This document shows, one piece after another, positions 36,928 to 45,791 of a stretch of DNA of 64,000 nt; the first letter of the stretch is position 1; every line of letters begins with the position of its first letter. Both the position numbers and the translations under genes were made by a program. Source of the DNA: Terriglobia bacterium. Its GTDB lineage: Bacteria > Acidobacteriota > Terriglobia > Versatilivoradales > Versatilivoraceae. Under the pieces are notes generated by a model, which saw only the letters and a program-made list of their open reading frames with translations, had not been told where the DNA came from and searched no databases. Location: contig OY760650.2 in assembly GCA_963663845.2 (NCBI GenBank), positions 1,008,480-1,072,479 of the forward strand. Reading direction: 5' to 3'.

Positions 36928-38883
36928 TCAGAAATCTAGTGTCAGTTGTAGCACGCCCATCGAGGTCCCGGCAAAGAGACGGACCGGACCGGAACCGGCC
37001 AGGACCAAAGTGTGGAGCCGGCCTGCCGGCAAGCCGGCCGCTCCCGGACCCTCCCGGCCCGGTTCCAGCGCCTCCCAGTTGGCGCCACCGTCCAGACTTC
37101 TGAAGAGGCCGCGGCGCAGGGCCGCGTAGAGAACGGACGGCTTGGAGGGATCGACGAGCAGGGCCCGCACCACCGGAAAGGCCGGCAATCCCCGGTTGGC
37201 GGGCGACCAGGTCGCCCCCTGGTCGCTGCTCATGAACACTCCATCCCCGTAGGAGCCGGCGACCAGGATGCGGTAAGGGGGCGGACCCACCGCCAGAGCG
37301 TCGATGATGAGGCCGGGCAACCCCTGGGCATCGCCTTTCCAGGTCACCCCACCGTCCACCGACTTGAACACTCCCGAGCCGTCGGTGGCAGCGTAGAGGG
37401 CGCCGGACCCAACCGGGTCCATGGCCAGAGCCCGCACCTTCTTTTCCTTGAGTCCGCTGTTGACCGAATTCCAGGAAGAGGCGGCATCCTCGGTCTTGAA
37501 AACGCCCTCCCCGTCGACGGCGGCATAGAGCACCGAAGGCCGGGCAGGATCCGCCAGCAGCGACCGGACCAGGCTCAGCGGCGGCAGCCCTCGGTTGGAC
37601 GCGGTCCAACTGGCTCCCGCGTCGGTGCTCTTGAAGACCCCGCCGCCAAAGGTGCCGGCATACAGGTTGCCGGGGTCGGAGGGGTGGATCAGGAGGGTCT
37701 CGACCCGGGGCTCGGTGAGACCCTGGTTGCCGGGTTCCCACTTGAGGCCGCCGTCGGAACTCTTGAAAATGCCTGAACTCGAGGTGCCCGCGTAGGCCAG
37801 GTCGGGATTGGCGGGATCGAATGCCAGGGCTTGCACCAGGACATCGGTCAACCCTTGATTCGAGTCCTTCCAGTCGTTGCCTCCGTCGGTGCTCAGGAAA
37901 ACACCCCCGCCGGCCGTGCCCGCCAGCAGGGTGGAGCCGTCATCGGCAAGAACGGCCAGGGCCGTCACCGGAAAAAGACCGGGCAGCCCCCCGTGGATCG
38001 TCTTCCACGTCTCGCCCCCGTCAGCCGTCTTCAGCAATCCTTCGTTCAGGGTGCCGGCAAGTGCGGCTGCCGGACCCGATCCGATCAGGGCCAGGTCGAG
38101 GACGACAGCGCCCTTCTTGACCGGCTTCCAGGTTTCCCCGCCATCCGGACTCCGGTAGACCATGCCGCCCAGGTTGTCGTCGGTGCTGACATAGAGGACC
38201 GCCGGATCATCACGATCCACCACCGCCGCCGTAATCCAACGATCCTTCAAGCCGCGGCTCTTCCAGGTTTCTCCCCCGTCCAGGCTCTTGAAGAGCCCCT
38301 TGCGGTGGGTGCCGGCGTAAAGGGTCCGGGGCGCTTGCGGATCCATGGCCAGGACTTCCACCCGGCTGCCGGCCAGGCCCCGGTTGCCCGCCTTCCAGGT
38401 TCTGCCTCCGTTGCTGGTCCTGAACACCCCCCCGCCGAAAGTGCCCGCGTAGGCGATGGAGGCCTTGCGGGGATGGACCAGCAGAGCCTTGACCGGCCGG
38501 CCGGGCAACCCGTGCAATCGGGCGGTCCAGGAAGCGCCCCGGTCGGAACTCCTGAACACCGCTCCGGACGAGGTTCCGAGGTAGAGAATTCGAGGGTCCG
38601 AAGGAGCCACCGCCAGAGCCTCGACGGGACTCCCGGTCAGCCCCCTGGCGCCCGGTTTCCAGCTCCGGCCCCCATCGCTGCTGCTGAACAGGCTTCCTCG
38701 AGCCGTCCCCAGGTAGATTGTCCTGGAGTCTTCCGGATCGACAGCCAGACAGGAGACACTGGCGCCGAAGGGCCCCCGAGGCGCCGAAGGCCCGGTCGCC
38801 GCCTCAGAGGCAGACGAACTGACGGCCATACTGGTTACGAGTGCGAAAACGCTGAAACAGGTGAACACAAGATGATTCATCAT
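36928..38883 (-). CDS. Secreted BNR/Ycf48-sortilin-like repeat beta-propeller protein
   Basis: About 14 repeats of LAxDPxxxxxLYAGTxxGGVFKSxDGGxxW; signal peptide. Confidence 0.85.
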   Translation of the reverse strand: MMNHLVFTCFSVFALVTSMAVSSSASEAATGPSAPRGPFGASVSCLAVDPEDSRTIYLGTARGSLFSSSDGGRSWKPGARGLTGSPVEALAVAPSDPRILYLGTSSGAVFRSSDRGASWTARLHGLPGRPVKALLVHPRKASIAYAGTFGGGVFRTSNGGRTWKAGNRGLAGSRVEVLAMDPQAPRTLYAGTHRKGLFKSLDGGETWKSRGLKDRWITAAVVDRDDPAVLYVSTDDNLGGMVYRSPDGGETWKPVKKGAVVLDLALIGSGPAAALAGTLNEGLLKTADGGETWKTIHGGLPGLFPVTALAVLADDGSTLLAGTAGGGVFLSTDGGNDWKDSNQGLTDVLVQALAFDPANPDLAYAGTSSSGIFKSSDGGLKWEPGNQGLTEPRVETLLIHPSDPGNLYAGTFGGGVFKSTDAGASWTASNRGLPPLSLVRSLLADPARPSVLYAAVDGEGVFKTEDAASSWNSVNSGLKEKKVRALAMDPVGSGALYAATDGSGVFKSVDGGVTWKGDAQGLPGLIIDALAVGPPPYRILVAGSYGDGVFMSSDQGATWSPANRGLPAFPVVRALLVDPSKPSVLYAALRRGLFRSLDGGANWEALEPGREGPGAAGLPAGRLHTLVLAGSGPVRLFAGTSMGVLQLTLDF

Positions 38884-38903
38884 TCATCACTCATCATTCA
38901 TCA
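38876..38903. repeat. Heptamer array (TTCATCA)x4 overlapping the start codon
   Basis: ttcatca ttcatca ctcatca ttcatca. Confidence 0.75.
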
Positions 38904-39125
38904 TTCCTTGGCCCGCATTGTACAACATCCCGATGATCGGATTGGCGGGTTCGCGCTACCCCGGAGACGAGCCCACAAAGAATCCGCGAAGTTTGCCAAA
39001 TCCTTTACAAATTCTCACCGCAAGTGGTAAATTTCCTCAAATCATCGGCAATTGATCTCCAGGCCGTGCCTGGAGAACCACTAATCCTGGCTGCATGGCA
39101 GCTCGGGGAACGGGGGCGACGGGCG

Positions 39126-40457
39126 ATGCTCACCATCCAAGGACAACAGCAGCGGCTTTGCGACGGGATCCACCGGCGCAACTTCATCAAGATCGGGGCC
39201 CTGGGCATGGGAGGACTTTCCATGCCGCAACTGTTGCGGGCCGAGCGCCAGGCCGGTGTCGGCAAGTCCGGCAAAGCCATCATCATGATCTATCTCCCCG
39301 GCGGCCCGCCGCACCAGGACATGTACGAGCTCAAGATGGACGCGCCTTCGGAGATTCGCGGGGAGTTCAAGCCCATTCCCACCAACGTTTCCGGCGTTCA
39401 GATCTGCGAGCATCTCCCCCGCCTGGCCAAGATGACCGACAAGCTGGTGCTCCTGCGAACCATCGTCGGGGCCAAGAACCGCCACTCCTCCCATCAGTGC
39501 ATGACCGGACGCCTGAAGGACGACCCGCCTCCCGGCGGGTGGCCCGAGATCGGTTCGGTCATCTCCAAGCTGGAGGGGTCCACCCATCCGGCCGTGCCTC
39601 CCTACGTGAACCTCACCCCCAAGATGAGGCACAAGCCCTACAATTTCGGTCACCCCAGCTTCCTGGGAGTGGCGCACACGCCATTCCGCCCCGAGGGCGA
39701 TACCCTCAGGGACATGACCCTTCAGGGCATCAGCCTGGAACGGCTGTCGGACCGGCGGGCGCTGCTTCAGAGCTTCGACCGCTTCCGGCGGGATACCGAC
39801 CGCAGCGGAGGGATGGAAGGCCTGGATGCCTTCAACCGGCAGGCCTTCGACGTCCTGACCTCCAGCCGGCTCCTGGAAGCCCTGGACCTGGAGAAGGAAG
39901 ATCCGCGCATCCGCGAACGCTACGGAGAGGGCACCCCGCAGCATCAGGGGGACGCCGCCCCGCGACTGATGGGGCAGTTCCTGCTGGCGCGCAGGCTGGT
40001 GGAGGCCGGAGTTCGCTGCGTCACCGTCAGCTTCAGCTTCTGGGATTGGCACGGCGGCAACTTCAAGCGGGGGCGGGACAACCTGCCGCCCTTCGACCAG
40101 GGGGTCAGCGCCCTGGTGGAGGACCTGCATCAACGCGGCTTGGACAAGGACGTCACCGTGATTGCCTGGGGCGAGTTCGGCCGCACCCCCAAGATCAACA
40201 AGGATGGGGGACGGGACCACTGGCCGCGGGTATCCTGCGCCCTGATGGCGGGCGGGGGCATGCGCACCGGACAGGCGATCGGGACCACCAACCGGCTGGG
40301 AGAAGAACCCAAGGAGCGCCCGATTCACTTCCAGGAAGTCTTCGCCACTCTCTACCACAACCTGGGCATCGACGCCGCCAGGACCCGGGTTACCGATCTG
40401 AACGACCGGCCGCACTTCCTGGTCGACGGCTACCGCCCCTTGCCGGAAGTCATCTGA
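39126..40457 (+). CDS. DUF1501 family protein (Tat), paralog 1
   Basis: LCDGIHRRNFIKIG, GGPPHQD, ARRLVEAGV, WDWH, GEFGRTPKIN, GRDHW. Confidence 0.9.
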   Translation: MLTIQGQQQRLCDGIHRRNFIKIGALGMGGLSMPQLLRAERQAGVGKSGKAIIMIYLPGGPPHQDMYELKMDAPSEIRGEFKPIPTNVSGVQICEHLPRLAKMTDKLVLLRTIVGAKNRHSSHQCMTGRLKDDPPPGGWPEIGSVISKLEGSTHPAVPPYVNLTPKMRHKPYNFGHPSFLGVAHTPFRPEGDTLRDMTLQGISLERLSDRRALLQSFDRFRRDTDRSGGMEGLDAFNRQAFDVLTSSRLLEALDLEKEDPRIRERYGEGTPQHQGDAAPRLMGQFLLARRLVEAGVRCVTVSFSFWDWHGGNFKRGRDNLPPFDQGVSALVEDLHQRGLDKDVTVIAWGEFGRTPKINKDGGRDHWPRVSCALMAGGGMRTGQAIGTTNRLGEEPKERPIHFQEVFATLYHNLGIDAARTRVTDLNDRPHFLVDGYRPLPEVI

Positions 40458-40507
40458 CTCCCCGGCCCGCATGTCTCAGGCAGGACACCGAGGCGATCGA
40501 CCGGAGT

Positions 40508-41407
40508 TCAGTTCTTGTCGTCGGTCTTCCTTCCATACATCGCATCGATCTGGGCCTGCAGCTCATCCGCCCGGGCCTGAATGGCCTCATCGGGGCTCTC
40601 CTGCAACGTCTTGAGCGCCAGTTTGAGCGACTCCGCCGCTTTTACCACGAATAGCGCATAGTTCTTGTGCTCGCTCAGTCCCTCCCGGCCAAACAACTTC
40701 TGGGTGTCCAGCAGACACTGGGTCAACGTCACCAGCACCCCGCTCGGAACCAGATCCACCGATCCCTGCTCCAGGGTCGTCCGGGCCTGGGCCAGGTCCT
40801 CCTCCGACCCCACAAACCGGGCCAGCGTGCGGGCGACACCCTTGGGAAGCTCGACGACCTCGACCTCCTCCTGCTGCTCCGAATCCAGCAAATTGCCGCT
40901 CCTCACCTCCTCCAACTGGTCGGGCCCCTGCTCGGAATCGTCCACCGGCCAGGAGGACTCCAGGGCATAGGTGGATTCCGGCGAATGCCGCTTGAGAAAG
41001 CGGTCGCAGGCCTGGTACAGGGCCAGCGCCACGCTCTTTCGCTTGCGGTGATAGTTGAAGGCCGTGGAGCGCAGCGTGCCGTACTGCTCGGGATCCGCTT
41101 CCATGCCGGCCAGGTAGGCGTCCGCAATGCTGCGGTACCCATCGCTTTGGCCCACCAGCAGGACAATATTCAGAAGCCGGGCCTTGGCGGCCTCTTCACT
41201 CTTGGGAAACCTGGCCTGCAGAGCGCCCGAGGAATCGAGCGCCTTTTCGAAACGCCCGTCGGCCACGGCCTCATGCACCTCGGAAAAAAGATACTCCGGG
41301 GTGTTGGTGTCGACCTGAGGCTCCTGGCTGCAGCCGGCGGCTGCCAGACAGACGATTGCGATCAGACCGGCGCTGAGGCGCGGGTGGAAAGACATAGGAA
41401 CTCTCAT
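40508..41407 (-). CDS. Hypothetical alpha-helical lipoprotein
   Basis: Lipobox LAAAGC; AAGGAG RBS. Confidence 0.7.
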   Translation of the reverse strand: MRVPMSFHPRLSAGLIAIVCLAAAGCSQEPQVDTNTPEYLFSEVHEAVADGRFEKALDSSGALQARFPKSEEAAKARLLNIVLLVGQSDGYRSIADAYLAGMEADPEQYGTLRSTAFNYHRKRKSVALALYQACDRFLKRHSPESTYALESSWPVDDSEQGPDQLEEVRSGNLLDSEQQEEVEVVELPKGVARTLARFVGSEEDLAQARTTLEQGSVDLVPSGVLVTLTQCLLDTQKLFGREGLSEHKNYALFVVKAAESLKLALKTLQESPDEAIQARADELQAQIDAMYGRKTDDKN

Positions 41408-41831
41408 GGGTCAACTCCTTCCATAACGGCTGGGGATGAGCCTCTGCCGGTTCCATGAAGCGTTGCGGGCGAGTCCGACGGGCGTGCAGGCTGCATGGGC
41501 TGTCCCGGCATGCGAACCCTCGAAGACGTCACGGGGAAACCATAGTGCCGGCAAAATACTGAAAAAAAACTACTTCTCTCCATCGCCAGCGATCCGCCGA
41601 GAACATGCTGGCAAGTCCCGGAGCCGGCAGCCGCCCCGCCCCGGAGCGGCATGACGCAAAGCCTGAACGGATGTTGAAACGATAGGAACGGATTCTGACG
41701 GATTCCGGTAGCCGCGTCAACCCTCGCGGGACATTTTGGTCTCTTTACACTTTCCCCTCGAAAGTGGTAGATTACCCGGTACCGTATTCAATGGCTCGGA
41801 TCAGGCAATTGTCTGGAGGAGGCGGAGAGCA

Positions 41832-43172
41832 ATGTTGACCATCTACGGGAAAGGCCACCGGATGTGCGACGGCATGTCGCGGCGCAACTTTATCCAGATC
41901 GGCGCGCTGGGAATGGGTGGGTTGACCATGCCCCAGTTGCTGCAGGCGGAAAAGCAGTCGGGCCTGGGCAGGTCCGACAAGGCCATCATCATGATCTACA
42001 TGCCCGGCGGCCCCCCGCACCAGGACATGTACGAAATCAAGCCCGACGCCCCCTCCGAGATCCGCGGCGAGTTTCAGGCCATCAAGACCAACGTCCCGGG
42101 AATCCACATTTGCGAGCACCTGCCTCGCCTGGCCAAGACCATGGACAAGCTGGTGCTGGTGAGGACCGTGGTCGGAGCCGAAAATTCACACTCCTCCTAT
42201 CAGTGCATGACAGGGCGCATCAGCGGCCGCCGGGGCAATCCTCCTCCGGGGGGCTGGCCGGAACTGGGATCGGTGCTCTCCAAGCTGAAGGGTCCGACCG
42301 ACCCGGCCATTCCGCCCTACGTCAACCTGTCCCACAAGTCCCGCCACGGCGAGTACAACTTCGGACGACCCAGTTTTCTGGGCGTGGCCCACACTCCCTT
42401 CAAGCCGCAGGGGGACATCAGAAACGACATGACCCTGAACGGGATCAGCCTGGAACGTCTGTCGGACCGCAGGCAGTTGCTGCGGAGCTTCGACCGCTTC
42501 CGGAGCGACGTGGACCGGACCGGGCTGATGGAGGGCCTGGACAGCTTCCAGGAGCAGGCCTTCGACGTGCTGACCTCCAGCCGGCTGCTGAAGGCGCTGG
42601 ACGTGGAGCAGGAGAGTTCCAAGCTCCGCGACCGCTACGGCAGGGGTTCCCCCAGGCTGGAACGAGACGCCGCTCCCATGCACATGGACCAGTTCGTGGT
42701 GGCTCGCCGGCTGGTGGAGGCGGGTGTCCGCTGCGTGACGGTGAGCTTCGGCTACTGGGATTGGCACAGCACCAACTTCAAGAACGGGCGCTACTACCTT
42801 CCGGCCTTCGACCAGGGAGTCAGCGCCCTGGTGGAAGACCTCCACCAGCGCGGGCTCGACAAGGACGTCTCGGTCATTGCCTGGGGCGAATTCGGCCGCA
42901 CACCCAAGATCAACAAGGATGCCGGCCGCGACCACTGGCCGCGCAACTCCTGCGCCCTGATGGCCGGCGGCGGGATGCGGGCCGGACAGGCCATCGGGTC
43001 CACCAATCGACTCGGCGAGGAACCCAAGGAAAGGCCGGTCCACGTTCAGGAAATCTTCGCCACGCTCTACCACAATCTGGGCATCGACGCCGCCAGAACC
43101 CATCTCACCGATCTGAACGATCGGCCCCATTACCTGGTCGACGGCCACATGCCCATGCCGGAACTGGTCTGA
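41832..43172 (+). CDS. DUF1501 family protein (Tat), paralog 2
   Basis: MCDGMSRRNFIQIG and the same motifs as paralog 1. Confidence 0.9.
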   Translation: MLTIYGKGHRMCDGMSRRNFIQIGALGMGGLTMPQLLQAEKQSGLGRSDKAIIMIYMPGGPPHQDMYEIKPDAPSEIRGEFQAIKTNVPGIHICEHLPRLAKTMDKLVLVRTVVGAENSHSSYQCMTGRISGRRGNPPPGGWPELGSVLSKLKGPTDPAIPPYVNLSHKSRHGEYNFGRPSFLGVAHTPFKPQGDIRNDMTLNGISLERLSDRRQLLRSFDRFRSDVDRTGLMEGLDSFQEQAFDVLTSSRLLKALDVEQESSKLRDRYGRGSPRLERDAAPMHMDQFVVARRLVEAGVRCVTVSFGYWDWHSTNFKNGRYYLPAFDQGVSALVEDLHQRGLDKDVSVIAWGEFGRTPKINKDAGRDHWPRNSCALMAGGGMRAGQAIGSTNRLGEEPKERPVHVQEIFATLYHNLGIDAARTHLTDLNDRPHYLVDGHMPMPELV

Positions 43173-43191
43173 TTACAAAGGTGGGTGAGCA

Positions 43192-45750
43192 ATGGTGACC
43201 ATCCCTCGTTCCAGCCTTCCCGGGGTCACCAGCCTGAGCTTGGCATCGGTTCTGCTTCTCCTGGTTTTTCCCGCGCGGGGCCAGTCCCCTCAGTCCACCC
43301 CTGCTTCCGATGCCAACCCGCTGGTAGCCCTGACCCTGGAGACCGGTCGGCCCGGTTCGACCGATCCCGACGCGGTCGTTTGGCTGCACGGCTCGGAGGC
43401 GCGACAGCAGCTCCTGGTGACGGGACGCCTGCGCGACGGGCGCCTGGTGGACTACACCCGCAGAGTCCGCTATGAGTCCCGCCCCCCCGGAATCGTCTCC
43501 ATCGACAAGACCGGCTTCGTGACGCCGCTGGCCAACGGATCGGTTCGGGTCACGGCCAGGGTCGACCGCGGGCCCGGCGCCGGCGCCCGCCTTTCGGTTG
43601 GAGACATCGGGCAATCGAGGCGCGTCAACTTCCCCAACGAGATCGTTCCCATCTTCACCAAGTCGGGATGCAACAGCGGCGGTTGCCACGGCAAGGCCTC
43701 GGGACAAAACGGCTTCAGATTGTCGCTGTTCGGCTTCGAGCCCCAGGAGGACTTCGAGTTTCTGGTCATCGAGGGACGGGGACGCCGCCTGTTTCCGGCC
43801 GCGCCCGAGCGCAGCCTGCTCCTGCTCAAGGCAACGGGGTCGGTCCCTCACGGCGGCGGGCTTCGGGTCGAAAGGAACTCTCCGGCCTACGACCTGCTCT
43901 CCCGCTGGATCAGGCAGGGCATGCCCTACGGGGGGCCCAATGACGCCGGCGTGGTGGGAATCCAGGTCCTGCCGGCCCATCGGCTGATGTCTCGCCGCCA
44001 GGAACAGCAGCTCCTGGTAACGGCTACCTATTCCGACGGCTCCAGCAAGGATGTGACCCGCCTTTGCCAGTATGAGTCCAACCAGAAAGAGCTGGCCGAG
44101 GTGAGCCCTTCGGGCCTGGTGCGGGTCGGGGAGCAGGCCGGTCAATCGGCAGTCATGGTCCGATTCCAGGACCAGGTGGCGGTCTTTCGAGTGACGGTCC
44201 CCTACGGCGGTCGGCTGACGGAGGGACCGCCGGCAGAAAGCTTCATCGACCGCTGGGTGCTCAGCAAGCTCCGAACGCTGGAACTGCCGCCGTCGGAACC
44301 CTGCGACGACGCCACCTTTCTGCGCCGCACCTCCATCGACATCACGGGGCGCCTGCCCACCCCGGCACAGGCCAGAAAGTTTCTGGCGGATCCGGACCCC
44401 GACAAGCGCCGGAAGTGGGTCGATCGGTTGCTGGCCAGTCCGGACTACGCCGACTATTTCGCCAACAAGTGGAGCGCCATCCTCCGCAACAAGAGGCGGG
44501 ACGAGCGGTCCACCCGGGGCAATTTTCTTTTCCACGCCTGGATCCGCCGAAACCTCCTGGAAAACAAGCCCTACGACCGGTGGATGCGAGAGATCGTGAC
44601 GGCTACCGGGGAGATAGGCCGCAATCCGGCCGTGACCTGGTTCCGGGAAGTCAAGAGCATCGAAGACCAGGTTCAGGACGCGGCCCAGATCTTTCTGGGT
44701 GTCCGGCTGCAGTGCGCCCGCTGCCATCACCATCCCTACGAGCAATGGAGCCAGCAGGACTATTACGGTTTTGCCGCCTTCTTCTCCCGCCTGGCGCGCA
44801 AGCCGGGAACTCAGGCCGGGGAGGAAGTCCTTTTCCACGATCGCGGAACGGCAGCCGCCGTCAATCCCAAGACCAAGCTGCCGGTGATGCCCACGGGATT
44901 GGGAACGAGCGCCTTCGACATCTCCCCCGAGCAGGATCCGCGGCAGGTGCTGGCCGATTGGATGGCCGACAAGGACAATCCCTTCTTTGCCCGCATGCTG
45001 GTGAACCGTTACTGGAAGCATTTCATGGGACGCGGCCTGGTGGAACCGGAAGACGACATGAGGGGCACCAACCCCGCCACCAATCCGGACTTGCTGGACG
45101 CCCTGGCCGGCCATTTCGTCCAAAGCGGATTCGACCTGAAGGAGTTGATCCGGACCATCTGTCAATCCGGCACCTACCAGCGCAGCTCCCATCCCAATGA
45201 CCAGAACGCGGATGACAGTCAGAACTTTTCCAGGTACTACCCCAAGCGGTTGACGGCCGAGGTTCTGCTGGACGCCATCGACCAGGTGACCGACGTCCGA
45301 TCCGAATTCCCGGGCCAGCCAAGCGGCACCCGGGCCGTGCAGTTGCCCGACGACAGTTTCAACGCCGACTCCTACTTCCTGACGCTGTTTGGCCGGCCCA
45401 ACAACGCCAGCGCCTCCGAGTCCGAGCGCACCCACGACGCCAACCTGGCCCAGAGCCTCCACCTCTTGAATTCTCCCAAGATCCACGAGAAGGTCAGCGA
45501 CCCGCGGGGCCGGGCCGTCCGCCTGGCCAAAGATTCCAGCCTGACCGACGAAGAAAGGATCCGGGAACTCTACCTGTGGACCCTGTCGCGGTTGCCGGAA
45601 GAGCCGGAAATGGAGTTCGCACTGGGCTACATACGGAAAAGGAGTCGAGGTTCGGACGCTGCCGCGGCCTCGCCGAGCCTGTTGGAAGAGGCCTATCAGG
45701 ACACCCTCTGGGCTCTGCTCAACACCAAAGAGTTCCTTTTCAACCATTGA
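43192..45750 (+). CDS. DUF1549/DUF1553 (PSCyt2/PSD1) protein with Ig-like domains and heme motifs
   Basis: GCNSGGCHG, FLRRTSIDITGRLPT, CARCHHHP, VNRYWKHFMGRGLVEP, WALLNTKEFLFNH. Confidence 0.9.
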   Translation: MVTIPRSSLPGVTSLSLASVLLLLVFPARGQSPQSTPASDANPLVALTLETGRPGSTDPDAVVWLHGSEARQQLLVTGRLRDGRLVDYTRRVRYESRPPGIVSIDKTGFVTPLANGSVRVTARVDRGPGAGARLSVGDIGQSRRVNFPNEIVPIFTKSGCNSGGCHGKASGQNGFRLSLFGFEPQEDFEFLVIEGRGRRLFPAAPERSLLLLKATGSVPHGGGLRVERNSPAYDLLSRWIRQGMPYGGPNDAGVVGIQVLPAHRLMSRRQEQQLLVTATYSDGSSKDVTRLCQYESNQKELAEVSPSGLVRVGEQAGQSAVMVRFQDQVAVFRVTVPYGGRLTEGPPAESFIDRWVLSKLRTLELPPSEPCDDATFLRRTSIDITGRLPTPAQARKFLADPDPDKRRKWVDRLLASPDYADYFANKWSAILRNKRRDERSTRGNFLFHAWIRRNLLENKPYDRWMREIVTATGEIGRNPAVTWFREVKSIEDQVQDAAQIFLGVRLQCARCHHHPYEQWSQQDYYGFAAFFSRLARKPGTQAGEEVLFHDRGTAAAVNPKTKLPVMPTGLGTSAFDISPEQDPRQVLADWMADKDNPFFARMLVNRYWKHFMGRGLVEPEDDMRGTNPATNPDLLDALAGHFVQSGFDLKELIRTICQSGTYQRSSHPNDQNADDSQNFSRYYPKRLTAEVLLDAIDQVTDVRSEFPGQPSGTRAVQLPDDSFNADSYFLTLFGRPNNASASESERTHDANLAQSLHLLNSPKIHEKVSDPRGRAVRLAKDSSLTDEERIRELYLWTLSRLPEEPEMEFALGYIRKRSRGSDAAAASPSLLEEAYQDTLWALLNTKEFLFNH

Positions 45751-45791
45751 AACTTCTTGCCCGGTTCGCACCCGGAGGGAGAGGAATCTCC

